From the NCBI GenBank assembly GCA_023443315.1, contig JAEZVA010000028.1, positions 1 through 64,000 on the forward strand: 64,000 bases of DNA, given 5' to 3'. This document shows, piece after piece, positions 8,405 through 17,733 of the stretch. Position numbers and translations under genes: made by a program. Below the pieces are notes generated by a model. It worked only from the letters and a program-made list of their open reading frames with translations. It was not told the DNA's origin and ran no database searches. The DNA is from Bacillota bacterium (GTDB taxonomy: Bacteria > Bacillota > Clostridia > Oscillospirales > Ruminococcaceae). Within the stretch, counting starts at the first letter, position 1; each line of letters starts with the position of its first letter.

Positions 8405-8920
8405 TTACAACATCAAGATTGCAACCCCAACCCCCGCCAGCACACCAATGGTCAGATACATCCTAGAATAAGAGGTGCATTCTCCCCTTGCCGATTCATA
8501 GCTCTTTTCAAACAGGTGGGTATACATTTCGATGGTCTTTTGCTGTTCGAGGGCGTCGGTGGTTCCAAGGACATCCCCGAGTGAAATCAAACGCTCGAAA
8601 TCTTCTTTGGACAGTAGACTGCGTTGCTGCACAACACTCGATCTCCATGCCTGCGGAAACGACGCACCTTGAGAGAGCCGCTGCCTGCATTCGCTCAAAA
8701 AAATCAGGCGTGCAAACTGGCTTTGTGCCGCCATCTGCACCACAATCTCCCCGATTGGCATACGCACATAGCTAATCTGTGCCGATAGGTAATCAAGCAT
8801 CGCAACAAGACGTTCGAGACAGTCCGCGCGGTCAATCAATCGACGCCGCAACATAAGCCCCACCGCTGTACAGGTTGTCACTATGCACACCATTCCCCCT
8901 GCCTTTAGGATAAAGCTCAT
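8405..8920 (-). CDS. spoIIIAB: Stage III sporulation protein AB
   Basis: 171 aa. N-terminal TM, then RRRLIDRADCLERLVAMLDYLSAQISY, which is GspF-like and typical of SpoIIIAB. The start could instead be ATG 8893. Confidence 0.85.
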   Translation of the reverse strand: MSFILKAGGMVCIVTTCTAVGLMLRRRLIDRADCLERLVAMLDYLSAQISYVRMPIGEIVVQMAAQSQFARLIFLSECRQRLSQGASFPQAWRSSVVQQRSLLSKEDFERLISLGDVLGTTDALEQQKTIEMYTHLFEKSYESARGECTSYSRMYLTIGVLAGVGVAILML

Positions 8921-9851
8921 CTGCTCTCACGACCTCTCTAATGGAACACGGGCTTGTCGCATCGTGCAAAAACACAATGTGTCGGAACGCGCCCGCTGTA
9001 ATTAAGCGCATGACCTGTTTTTTTCTTAAAAGCTCATCCTTATCTGCGGCATGTACCGTGGCAATGACCGAGACTCCGCAGTTAATCCCAGTTAGCAACG
9101 CCTCTGCTTCCTGCTCGCCGCCAATCTCATCGCATACCACGATATCGGGGGCAAGACAGCGCACGGCAATCAGAATACCCTCCCCCTTCGGGTAGCCGTC
9201 CAGAACATCGCAACGGGGACCCAGATCGTTGCCTGCCTGACCACAATAAACGGCTGCAATCTCGCCGCGCTCATCCACAACCGACACCCGCAAGCCGCGC
9301 AACGATAACTGCCTGACTACATCGCGCAGAAGGGTTGTCTTACCGCTGCCCGGAATCCCGCAGATGAGTACGCCACCCATTTGGTTGCAAAGTACCTGCT
9401 TTATAAGTACATCGGCAACACCGAATATCTGTCTCGCAACGCGGAGGTTAATCGAGCTGATGCCACGCACTCCATTAACCCTACCGTTTTCAACCACCGC
9501 GCTGCCACACAATCCGGCTCGATGACCGTTTTTTACCGTGATAAACCCGTTTATCATCTCGTTTTGATGACTGTATACCGAATACTCGCATAGTCTTTTA
9601 AAACATTCATCAATTTCATCTGGCGTAATACAAACCACATCCTGTGTCTCAGTTGAGACAAGATGCCCTGCACGCGTTAGAAACACGTCTTTATTTGAGA
9701 GGTTAACGGCAAATGGTCGTGCACAGCGAAGTCGGATTTCACGAATGTTCGCCTTGGTCTGCTGTGGCAGCCTACATACCATCATATTTAATTCTTGCGG
9801 CAGCACTTTTGCAGCATCATCAAGGCGTTCTGCCTGTTCGGCTAGTCCCAT
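8832..9851 (-). CDS. spoIIIAA: Stage III sporulation protein AA (secretion-type ATPase)
   Basis: Walker A GIPGSGKTT and Walker B VVCDEIG. It is the first gene of the spoIIIA operon. RBS AAGAGGA lies 9 nt upstream of ATG 9851. Confidence 0.9.
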   Translation of the reverse strand: MGLAEQAERLDDAAKVLPQELNMMVCRLPQQTKANIREIRLRCARPFAVNLSNKDVFLTRAGHLVSTETQDVVCITPDEIDECFKRLCEYSVYSHQNEMINGFITVKNGHRAGLCGSAVVENGRVNGVRGISSINLRVARQIFGVADVLIKQVLCNQMGGVLICGIPGSGKTTLLRDVVRQLSLRGLRVSVVDERGEIAAVYCGQAGNDLGPRCDVLDGYPKGEGILIAVRCLAPDIVVCDEIGGEQEAEALLTGINCGVSVIATVHAADKDELLRKKQVMRLITAGAFRHIVFLHDATSPCSIREVVRADELYPKGRGNGVHSDNLYSGGAYVAASID

Positions 9852-9964
9852 TTCTTACAATCCTCTTTCTGAGTAAAACTCAATTCAGTATATTGTTTGT
9901 CCTCTTTGTTTAGAACTAAAAATGCGATTAAGGGCAGTGCTGTATCGCTTGCATTGTCTGGACA

Positions 9965-10000
9965 GCAAAAAAGACGAACCCACCGAAGTGAGTCCGTCTT
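9965..10000 (-). terminator. Rho-independent terminator after secF
   Basis: Minus strand: AAGACGGAC...GTTCGTCTT stem followed by TTTTTGC. Confidence 0.75.
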
Positions 10001-10018
10001 GTTCAATATTATTTTTTA

Positions 10019-10987
10019 CTAGATCTTAATCTTGCCAACGCCGCCAGATTTTCCGGGCTTGCCCTTTTTAACAGGATTCCCGTCGGCCTTCTTCGCACGG
10101 TATTTCTTCCAAACCACCCACAGCGGTCCTGCGATACAGATGGTGGAGTACGAGCCGGAGATCATACCGAAGATCATCGGGATGGCAAAGCTCAGAATGC
10201 TCGTTACATTGTTAATGAGTGCAACTACACAAACAACAACCATTACAATAACACCGCACAAGCTAGTGATAATCGAGCGGGTCAATGACTGATTGATGCT
10301 CATATTAACAATCTCACCGATATCCTTTTTGCCTGCGTACAGCTTCTCGTTCTCACGAATACGGTCGTAGATTACGATAGTATCGTTGATGGAAAAGCCG
10401 AGGATGGTAAGCACTACTGCTATAAAGTTATCGTTAATCGGCATACGGAACAACATAAAGGTTGCAAAAACAATCAATACATCGTGCAATAGTGCAACTA
10501 CGCCCATGGTACCGGCGGAAAATCCCCCGATCTTGCGGAAGCGAAATCCAATGAATAGAACGATGAGCAGCGATGCGGCCGCAACGGCAACCAGGCACTT
10601 TAAGAAAAACTCCTTACCCATGACAGGGTTTACGTTGGAGGAAGACTCAAGAACAATCCCGCTGTCCGGGTAAGCGGTTGTCAATGCATCGGTCATTGCA
10701 GACTGGCTGTCAATCGACAGGCTACTATCGTCTGCCAGTGTTACAAGCAGCATCTGTGTTTCGCCTTCGTTTTTCTGAACACTAACCTGCTGACCAAGCG
10801 TGCTTTCAATGGTAGAGGCAACATCCTCCAGGTTCAGTTCTCCAGTATAGCCATAGGAAACTATCGATCCGCCCTTAAACTGGATATCCAGTTCGACACC
10901 CATAAACAGTGACGCTAGGATCGTTAACACAATAAGGGATGAAGAAAGGATGAAGAATATTTTCTTTTTTCCGATAAAATCAAACAT
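10019..10987 (-). CDS. secF: Protein translocase subunit SecF
   Basis: SecF topology and sequence (DFIGKKKIFFILS..., GFSINDTIVIYDRIRE). The ATG overlaps the secD stop as TAATG, with GGGGGTG 8 nt upstream. Confidence 0.93.
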   Translation of the reverse strand: MFDFIGKKKIFFILSSSLIVLTILASLFMGVELDIQFKGGSIVSYGYTGELNLEDVASTIESTLGQQVSVQKNEGETQMLLVTLADDSSLSIDSQSAMTDALTTAYPDSGIVLESSSNVNPVMGKEFFLKCLVAVAAASLLIVLFIGFRFRKIGGFSAGTMGVVALLHDVLIVFATFMLFRMPINDNFIAVVLTILGFSINDTIVIYDRIRENEKLYAGKKDIGEIVNMSINQSLTRSIITSLCGVIVMVVVCVVALINNVTSILSFAIPMIFGMISGSYSTICIAGPLWVVWKKYRAKKADGNPVKKGKPGKSGGVGKIKI

Positions 10988-12384
10988 TACTTTACACCCC
11001 CATACAGCCAAGGCTTACGAAGCCCCTTAAACTTAGAAAGAGAACGGAGCATCAAGCGTGACGCCGTTACACCCATGATGAAGTTAAAGATAACACCCAT
11101 CAGCAGCGTGTAGCCGAACGAGTAGATGGCGCCCGTTGTGGAGGGTCCGAACATAAAGAAGATGGGGGTAAGTATCTTAGCCCAAATGCTGGTTGGCGGT
11201 CCAAACGAACCCATCAGGATAACTGCTACGATAACAACGGTAATGTTTCCGTCAAAGATAGCCGAGAAACCACGCTCGTAACCAAGATCAATGGAGCCCT
11301 CTATCGTCTTTCCGGTGCGCATCTCTTCTTTTATGCGTTCCGATGTAATTACGTTTGCGTCAACGCCCATGCCAAGGCTCAGGATGATACCCGCAATACC
11401 AGGCAGCGTAAGTGTAAAGCTGGGTATAGACTCAAAGTAACCAGAAATCGAGATAATAAAGCCTGCAACCTGCCCTAACAGTGCAATGCTGGCTACAAGA
11501 CCCGGTAGTCTGTAGTAAAAGGTCATGAACAGGCAGATTATGATAAATCCGATTAAACCCGCTAAAACCATAGAGTTCTTTGCGTTAATTCCAAGTGTTG
11601 CAGAAATCGAGCTGTAGTTTTCTGTTACCAGCTTAAACGGCAGTGCGCCGCCGTTAATCTTGTTGGCAAGCTCGGTTGCCTCAGCGGCTGTGAACGGCAC
11701 CGACCCGCCCGAAATCACCGCATTGCCGTCGGTGATTGCAGATTGTACCACTGGCTGAGAAATCATGGTGTTATCCATCCAGATGGATATCTGCTTGCCA
11801 ATCATCCTTGAGGTTGCTTCACCAAACTTTGCTGCGCCCTCAGAGGTCAGCTCAAGTGCAATCTCAGGGTTAGAGGTCTGGGAGTTAATAACCGCCGTGG
11901 CGCTTTTAACATCCTTGCCCTCAAGCACAACCTTTTCCAGCGTTACACCGGTTGGCATACCCGCCGCATCCACATTGGCTTCTTCGCGGAAGGTCAGGAG
12001 TGCGGTCTCACCTAGCTCGCTGATTGCCTCCTCGGGGTTCTTGCTGGCTGCGTCATCCTTCCACGGAAAACGCACGATGATGCGATCCTTCGCAGTGTCG
12101 GTATATACCTCGTAGTCGGTTATGTTCTGGGTAACAAGCCTTTGCTTAATGACCGATTCCGCCGCAAGCATCTGCGTGTCGGTTGCGTCAAAGCCTTCGG
12201 GCGGAGTAAAGGTTACGTCTACACCGCCGCGGATGTCAATACCCCAACGGATGTCGTCCGCACCCTTGATATAAACCTTGGTAACGTCGCCGAACTTGGT
12301 GCTAAAGCCAAAAAACGACGTTCCAGCCAGGAATAGTATCAGCGCAAACACAACAAAAAATGTTGCTTTTGAGCCTTTTTTCAT
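10987..12384 (-). CDS. secD: Protein translocase subunit SecD
   Basis: GIDIRGGVDV and GMGVDANVITSERIKEE are typical SecD. Start at ATG 12384 with GGAGGA 7 nt upstream. Confidence 0.93.
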   Translation of the reverse strand: MKKGSKATFFVVFALILFLAGTSFFGFSTKFGDVTKVYIKGADDIRWGIDIRGGVDVTFTPPEGFDATDTQMLAAESVIKQRLVTQNITDYEVYTDTAKDRIIVRFPWKDDAASKNPEEAISELGETALLTFREEANVDAAGMPTGVTLEKVVLEGKDVKSATAVINSQTSNPEIALELTSEGAAKFGEATSRMIGKQISIWMDNTMISQPVVQSAITDGNAVISGGSVPFTAAEATELANKINGGALPFKLVTENYSSISATLGINAKNSMVLAGLIGFIIICLFMTFYYRLPGLVASIALLGQVAGFIISISGYFESIPSFTLTLPGIAGIILSLGMGVDANVITSERIKEEMRTGKTIEGSIDLGYERGFSAIFDGNITVVIVAVILMGSFGPPTSIWAKILTPIFFMFGPSTTGAIYSFGYTLLMGVIFNFIMGVTASRLMLRSLSKFKGLRKPWLYGGVK

Positions 12385-12525
12385 AGCCAAATCCTCCTAG
12401 TTAAAGTTTGCCGCTTCCTCTATTGCATCCTCTGTATGCGTATTTGTGCTTTTTAAGCGCAGAACGCTTGTACAGACATGAACAATAAAAATCATCCCTA
12501 TTGGAAAATGGCAATCACAACGATT

Positions 12526-12554
12526 ATTATATTGTTTTCCCATGGAAAAGTCAA
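12526..12554 (-). promoter_or_regulatory. Sigma-A-type promoter for secDF
   Basis: Minus strand: TTGACT (12554-12549), a 17-nt spacer, then TATAAT (12531-12526). It implies a leader of about 135 nt. Confidence 0.65.
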
Positions 12555-12559
12555 CAAAA

Positions 12560-13990
12560 CTATACGCCCAGTTCTACTTTTTCCCCTATAAATTCACGGT
12601 TTGCGGCAAGTAGCGGAAGGATGTATTCATTGGAAAACTCCTCAACTTGTTTTGGAGCCCTTCCTGTAAAGTTTTCGGCGCACAGCAGACCAGTCAGTTC
12701 CTCGTTTGTTAAACGAAACGCATCGTCATTTGCGATACGGCAGACCAAATCGTTTGTGCCACCTTCTTCCTTAACAACGCGCGCCGCCGCAAGTGAATGC
12801 TCCCTAAGCCTCTCATGCAACGCCTGACGGTCTCCGCCCTTTTTTACCGCCTGCATCATAATGTTCTCGGTTGCCATAAAAGGCAGCTCGTTTGCAACGC
12901 GTTGCGCGATAACCTTTGGGTATACCACAAGCCCGTCACACACATTAAGCATAATGTTTAGTATTGCGTCAGTTCCCAAAAAGGCTTCTGCGACGCTGAT
13001 GCGTTTGTTCGCAGAATCGTCAAGCGTGCGCTCAAACCACTGCGTCGCGGCGGTAAACGCGGGGTTGAGGCTGTTTGTCATCACATATCGGGCAAGCGAG
13101 GTAATGCGCTCACTGCGCATGGGGTTGCGCTTATACGGCATAGCGGACGAACCAATTTGGTTTTTCTCAAACGGTTCCTCCATCTCCTTGAAGTTCTGTA
13201 GGATGCGAAGGTCATTTGAAAACTTAGATGCGGATTGCGCAATGCCGCTGAGCGTTGCAAGAACCTGTGCGTCTACCTTACGGGAATAGGTTTGTCCCGA
13301 AACCGGCACAACGCGCTCAAAACCCATCTCGTCAGCGATCAACTGCTCCAGCTTTTTGATTTTCTCATGATCCCCGTCAAACAGTTCCACAAAGCTAGCC
13401 TGCGTGCCGGTGGTACCCTTTGAGCCGAGTAGCTCAAGCGACGATATGCGATACTCAAGCTCGTTAAAATCATAAAGCAGCTCGTTCATCCACAACGTTG
13501 CTCGTTTACCCACCGTCGTAAGTTGTGCGGGCTGTAAATGGGTGTACGCAAGCGCCGGCAAGTCCTTGTATCTGAGTGAAAAATCGTGTAACAGTGCAAT
13601 GACGTTAAGTAGCTTTCTTCTTACGACCCAAAGCGCCTCGCGCATAATAACAATGTCGGTGTTGTCACCAACGTAGCAGGAGGTTGCGCCAAGGTGGATG
13701 ATGCCCTTCGCCTTTGGGCACTGCAGCCCATAAGCGTAAACGTGCGCCATTACGTCATGACGTACCAGCTTTTCGCGCGCGTTTGCCTCCTCGTAATTGA
13801 TGTTGTCGGCGTTTGATTCAAGCTCAGCAATCTGCTCATCGGTTATCTGCAACCCCAAAGCTTTTTCAGCCTTGGCAAGCGCAATCCAAAGCCTGCGCCA
13901 TGTTTTGAACTTTTTATCTGCAGAAAACAGATACTGCATCCCTTCGCTTGCATACCGTGTGCAAAAGGGGCTTTCATACGAGTTGTGCAA
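12560..13990 (-). CDS. purB: Adenylosuccinate lyase
   Basis: Fumarate-lyase signature GSSAMPYKRNP. The N-terminus SPFCTRYASEGMQYLFS is typical of the long-form PurB. Start at TTG 13990 with GGAGGTG 7 nt upstream. Confidence 0.93.
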   Translation of the reverse strand: MHNSYESPFCTRYASEGMQYLFSADKKFKTWRRLWIALAKAEKALGLQITDEQIAELESNADNINYEEANAREKLVRHDVMAHVYAYGLQCPKAKGIIHLGATSCYVGDNTDIVIMREALWVVRRKLLNVIALLHDFSLRYKDLPALAYTHLQPAQLTTVGKRATLWMNELLYDFNELEYRISSLELLGSKGTTGTQASFVELFDGDHEKIKKLEQLIADEMGFERVVPVSGQTYSRKVDAQVLATLSGIAQSASKFSNDLRILQNFKEMEEPFEKNQIGSSAMPYKRNPMRSERITSLARYVMTNSLNPAFTAATQWFERTLDDSANKRISVAEAFLGTDAILNIMLNVCDGLVVYPKVIAQRVANELPFMATENIMMQAVKKGGDRQALHERLREHSLAAARVVKEEGGTNDLVCRIANDDAFRLTNEELTGLLCAENFTGRAPKQVEEFSNEYILPLLAANREFIGEKVELGV

Positions 13991-14055
13991 ACAAAAACAC
14001 CTCCGAATTTTATCGTCTGCGGGTTGTCCTTTTCCGCAATGTGGGATACCAAATC

Positions 14056-14064
14056 ATTATACCA
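14056..14064 (-). promoter_or_regulatory. Extended -10 element (TGGTATAAT) upstream of purB
   Basis: Minus strand TGGTATAAT lies about 70 nt upstream of the purB start. There is only a weak -35 (TTAGCA at 19 nt). Confidence 0.4.
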
Positions 14065-14141
14065 CTATTTCAACCTGTTGTGCTAAGAAATATATTAATA
14101 TCTGCTCTGTAAACAGAAATACAGTTCACTCGTGTGCTGGC

Positions 14142-14176
14142 AAAAAACGGTCGGACAGTACTGGACTGTCCGACCG
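14142..14176 (-). terminator. Rho-independent terminator after the aminotransferase gene
   Basis: Perfect 12-bp stem CGGTCGGACAGT/ACTGTCCGACCG with a 5-nt loop, followed on the minus strand by TTTTTTG. Confidence 0.88.
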
Positions 14177-14197
14177 CTCGGCACACAAATACAGGGA

Positions 14198-15484
14198 TTA
14201 GACCATTTGAGTCAATAGTTTTCTGACAGAAACAAGCTTTACGCACAGACAAAACAAATCCATTGCGGCTTTTAACTCGTCAATTGGAGGAAAGGTTGGC
14301 GCAATGCGAATGTTGTTATCAGACGGATCTTTTCCATAAGGATATGTAGCCCCTGCGGGAGTAAGTACCACGCCCGCCTCCGCGCAAAGGCGCACAACGT
14401 CTTTGGCACAGCCATCCGGTACATTGACCGAGATAAAGTATCCGCCATTTGGCTTGTGAAACCTTACAACCCCAAGCGGCGAAAGCTCATCGGTTAATTG
14501 ATCAATTACAAGATTAAACTTTGGAATCAGCACTTCTGCTTGCTTTTTCATGTGGGCTTTTATACCGTCCATGTTTTGGAAGTAACGCGCATGACGCAGC
14601 TGGTTTAGCTTATCGGGACCTATGGTTTGAATGGAAAGCAGCTTTTTAATAAACTGGGCATTGTTTTTTGATGTCGCCATAACCGCCACACCTGCGCCTG
14701 GGAACGACACCTTCGAGGTGGAAGCATATTCAAATACCATGTCCTCTGTTCCCGCCGCTTTGCACTCGGTAAAAATGTTTTTAAGCGTATCGCTGCCCTC
14801 AAGGTCGTGAACGATATATGCATTGTCCCAAAAAATTCTAAAATCTTCGGCGGCAGGCTTTAGCCGTGCAAAACGTGCAACCACATCGTCCGAATAGGTG
14901 ATGCCGTCTGGGTTTGAGTACTTGGGTACACACCAGATTCCCTTGATGGACGCGTCGGAGGATACAAGGCGTTCCACCTCATCCATATCAGGTCCGTCAT
15001 CCTTCATGGCAACTGTAATCATCTGGATGCCAAACTGTTCACAGATGGCAAAATGACGGTCGTAGCCGGGGGATGGACAAAGGAACTTGACGCTTTCTAG
15101 TTTCCCCCACGGTTTGCTGGAACCATAAACACCGTGCAACAACGCGCGCGCAACAGTGTCATACATCATGTTTAGGCTGGAGTTACCGCCGACAATGATG
15201 TTTTCCGCAGGCACGTCGAGCATTTCGGAAAACAGGCGCTTCGCCTCGGGAATCCCGTCGATACCGCCGTAATTTCTGCAGTCTGCGCCATCCTCAGAAT
15301 TCAAAATGTCTTTGCTCGAAAGGCAATCAAGCAGCCCGTTTGAAAGGTTAAGCTGCGCGGAAGAAGGCTTGCCGCGGGACATGTCAAGACGCAAACCCGC
15401 CGCCAGAAGCGTATTGTACTCGTTTGACCACTGCTGTTCAAGCTGGATTAGCTGTTGCTTTGGTAGCTGGTGAAGCATATTCAT
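14198..15484 (-). CDS. PLP-dependent aminotransferase, class I/II fold (aspartate-aminotransferase-like)
   Basis: About 428 aa. YASTSKVSFPGAGVA carries the S-x-S-K PLP-lysine motif. Start moved to ATG 15484 (AGGGGA RBS), because the predicted promoter would leave the ATG at 15526 essentially leaderless. Confidence 0.8.
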   Translation of the reverse strand: MNMLHQLPKQQLIQLEQQWSNEYNTLLAAGLRLDMSRGKPSSAQLNLSNGLLDCLSSKDILNSEDGADCRNYGGIDGIPEAKRLFSEMLDVPAENIIVGGNSSLNMMYDTVARALLHGVYGSSKPWGKLESVKFLCPSPGYDRHFAICEQFGIQMITVAMKDDGPDMDEVERLVSSDASIKGIWCVPKYSNPDGITYSDDVVARFARLKPAAEDFRIFWDNAYIVHDLEGSDTLKNIFTECKAAGTEDMVFEYASTSKVSFPGAGVAVMATSKNNAQFIKKLLSIQTIGPDKLNQLRHARYFQNMDGIKAHMKKQAEVLIPKFNLVIDQLTDELSPLGVVRFHKPNGGYFISVNVPDGCAKDVVRLCAEAGVVLTPAGATYPYGKDPSDNNIRIAPTFPPIDELKAAMDLFCLCVKLVSVRKLLTQMV

Positions 15485-15538
15485 ATTTCTATCCCCTGTA
15501 AACAATGACTTTTTGTGTGACAACATTTTAACATGTTA

Positions 15539-15567
15539 ATTATAATATAGCTTCGCCAATTTTGCAA
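15539..15567 (-). promoter_or_regulatory. Sigma-A-type promoter for the aminotransferase gene
   Basis: Minus strand: TTGCAA (15567-15562), a 17-nt spacer, then TATAAT (15544-15539). Confidence 0.65.
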
Positions 15568-15630
15568 GATTATTTTTTTAATCCTGCATAAATGAATTTG
15601 AACTATTATATTCCAAAACCGGTAATGCTG

Positions 15631-17031
15631 TTAAAACTCACACAATCCTGCTGTTCTGGGGAACGGAATGACATCGCGAATATTCGAAATGCCGGTAAGG
15701 TACATCAAAAGGCGCTCAAAGCCAAGCCCAAAGCCCGCGTGCTTAGTGCCGCCGAATCTTCGTAGGTCAAGATACCAACCGTAATCCTCAATGTTAATTC
15801 CAAGCTCTTGCATACGGCTGACTAATAGGTCATAGCGCTCTTCGCGCTGGCTGCCGCCGATAAGCTCACCCACACCCGGCACCAGCATATCCATGGCTGC
15901 AACGGTTTTGCCATCATCGTTTTGCCGCATATAGAACGCCTTAATTCCTTTGGGGTAATCGGTAACAAAAACAGGCTTCTCAAACACCTTTTCGGTCAGA
16001 TAACGCTCATGCTCGGTCTGCAGGTCGCATCCCCATGATACGGGATACTCAAACTGCGCGTTGTTCTTCTCAAGGATTGCAACTGCGTCGGTATAGCTAA
16101 CGCGTGCAAAATCGCTGTTTACAAGCTGGGTAAGCCGAGCAATCAGCGCCTTGTCCTTGTCGTAGAAGTCGTTAAAGAACTGCATCTCCTCGGGACAAGC
16201 CTCCAGCACATGGCGGATAACCGATTTCACCATCTGCTCCGCCAAGAGCATATCGTCTGCAAGGTCTGCAAACGCAACCTCCGGCTCAATCATCCAAAAC
16301 TCCGCCGCATGACGGGGGGTGTTGGAGTTCTCGGCTCGAAAGGTCGGACCAAAGGTATAAACCTTGCCAAAGGCAAGCGCCATGCACTCGGCTTCTAACT
16401 GACCCGAAACGGTAAGCCCAGTTTGCCGACCAAAGAAATCCTTCGAAAAATCAACATGACCATGCTCATCGGCCGGAGGATTTTCCTCACTTAGAGTGGT
16501 GACACGGAACATCTCACCCGCGCCCTCGCAGTCGCTTCCCGTAACAATTGGGGTATGTGCATACACAAACCCATTGTCATGGAAAAAGCGGTGTATTGCA
16601 AAAGAAGCCTCCGAACGTACGCGAAACGCTGCGCCAAACGTATTGGTACGCGGGCGCAGATGTTGGATGGTACGCAAAAACTCGGGTGAATGACGCTTTT
16701 TCTGCAACGGGTAATCGGGGGTGGACGCGCCTTCCACCGCAACTTCTCTTGCATGAATCTCCAGCGGCTGCTTTGCCTGCGGGGTGAGCACAACGTTCCC
16801 CGTAACGCGGATGGCAGAGCCGACGTTAAGCTTAGTCAGCTCGCGGTAGCCCGCAACCTTGTCCTCGTCCATGATTATTTGAAGGTTCATAAAGCACGAG
16901 CCGTCGTTAATCTCTATAAAGCATAATGTTTTGGAAACGCGCATGGTTTTAATCCACCCGCAAACGGTGGTTTCTTGGTTATTAAACTGGTTTGCATTGT
17001 GAAACAACTGCTTAATTTCTATCCGCTGCAT
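15631..17031 (-). CDS. asnS: Asparagine--tRNA ligase
   Basis: 466 aa. Class IIb motifs [21 protein letters not shown] and GFGLGFERL, plus an N-terminal OB fold. GAGGAG RBS. Confidence 0.95.
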   Translation of the reverse strand: MQRIEIKQLFHNANQFNNQETTVCGWIKTMRVSKTLCFIEINDGSCFMNLQIIMDEDKVAGYRELTKLNVGSAIRVTGNVVLTPQAKQPLEIHAREVAVEGASTPDYPLQKKRHSPEFLRTIQHLRPRTNTFGAAFRVRSEASFAIHRFFHDNGFVYAHTPIVTGSDCEGAGEMFRVTTLSEENPPADEHGHVDFSKDFFGRQTGLTVSGQLEAECMALAFGKVYTFGPTFRAENSNTPRHAAEFWMIEPEVAFADLADDMLLAEQMVKSVIRHVLEACPEEMQFFNDFYDKDKALIARLTQLVNSDFARVSYTDAVAILEKNNAQFEYPVSWGCDLQTEHERYLTEKVFEKPVFVTDYPKGIKAFYMRQNDDGKTVAAMDMLVPGVGELIGGSQREERYDLLVSRMQELGINIEDYGWYLDLRRFGGTKHAGFGLGFERLLMYLTGISNIRDVIPFPRTAGLCEF

Positions 17032-17079
17032 TACTATTACTCCTCGTTCGTTTAATATGGATTGGGTGGACTTAAAGTG

Positions 17080-17733
17080 TTACTCAAACACAGACAGTTT
17101 CTTGTCGTAAATGGTGGTTCGGCGAACAGCAGCATGAAATGGCTCGTCGCAACAAGCCTTACGAAACGCCTCGATGACAAGCGACGGATTCAGGTTCTCA
17201 TTGATTCCCGCAAGCAGTCTCATCGTAATCGTAACCGTCGTATCTTCATCCTTTGCCTCGGCACTGATGATATAGTCTTTGAGGTTAACCTCTTTGTATC
17301 CCTTTTTGGTTTTTTTATCCGAAGCTATTACAGGCTGTGCAATAAATTGATTCCATTTATCTGACAACGCGACTGCGTCATTCCTATCGATTATAACCGA
17401 ATAATCTGCATATGTGATTGCCTCCGGCTTATTGACAGGCTCGGTGGCGCGCAGAACCCGAATGTCAGGGGGCAGCGCGCTGTTTAACCGAGACACAATC
17501 TCATCAAATGGCATGTCCTCGTCTAAACGAATATCCATTGTTTCGCAGTCACTGGCGTAGCCAAGTGAAAGCGGTAAGGCAAAGGTCAGGTAGATGTGCG
17601 GGTTAAAGCCTTGGGTATACCATACCGGAATACCGGCGCGCTTTAAGGCTCGCTGCATACACCGCATCATATCAAGATGCGAAATATATACCGCCCTGCC
17701 TTGTTTTGAGAACCATATTCTAACGCTTTTCAT
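17080..17733 (-). CDS. Radical-SAM-associated protein (DUF2344 / TIGR03936-like)
   Basis: IWFSKQGRAVYISHLDMMRCMQRALKRAGIPVWYTQGFNPH is the characteristic N-terminus of this family. Start at ATG 17733 with GGGAGGTG 6 nt upstream. It overlaps the upstream radical-SAM gene by 14 nt. Confidence 0.82.
   Translation of the reverse strand: MKSVRIWFSKQGRAVYISHLDMMRCMQRALKRAGIPVWYTQGFNPHIYLTFALPLSLGYASDCETMDIRLDEDMPFDEIVSRLNSALPPDIRVLRATEPVNKPEAITYADYSVIIDRNDAVALSDKWNQFIAQPVIASDKKTKKGYKEVNLKDYIISAEAKDEDTTVTITMRLLAGINENLNPSLVIEAFRKACCDEPFHAAVRRTTIYDKKLSVFE

Noticed and set aside
9852-9960. A sigma-E-type sporulation promoter upstream of spoIIIAA (GCATTTTT ... CAAACAAT).
   Set aside because: The -10-like CAAACAAT matches CATACAAT at 7 of 8 positions. 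However, the spacing to the -35-like element (about 18 nt) is longer than I recall for sigma-E promoters. I cannot support the call without a position-weight-matrix scan or TSS data.
17032-17079. A possible T-box or other leader upstream of asnS. I also checked upstream of gatC (24447-24513) and purB (13991-14197).
   Set aside because: The spacers before asnS and gatC are only 48 and 67 nt, which is too short for a T-box. The purB leader shows no purine-riboswitch-like three-way junction or conserved loops that I can recognise.
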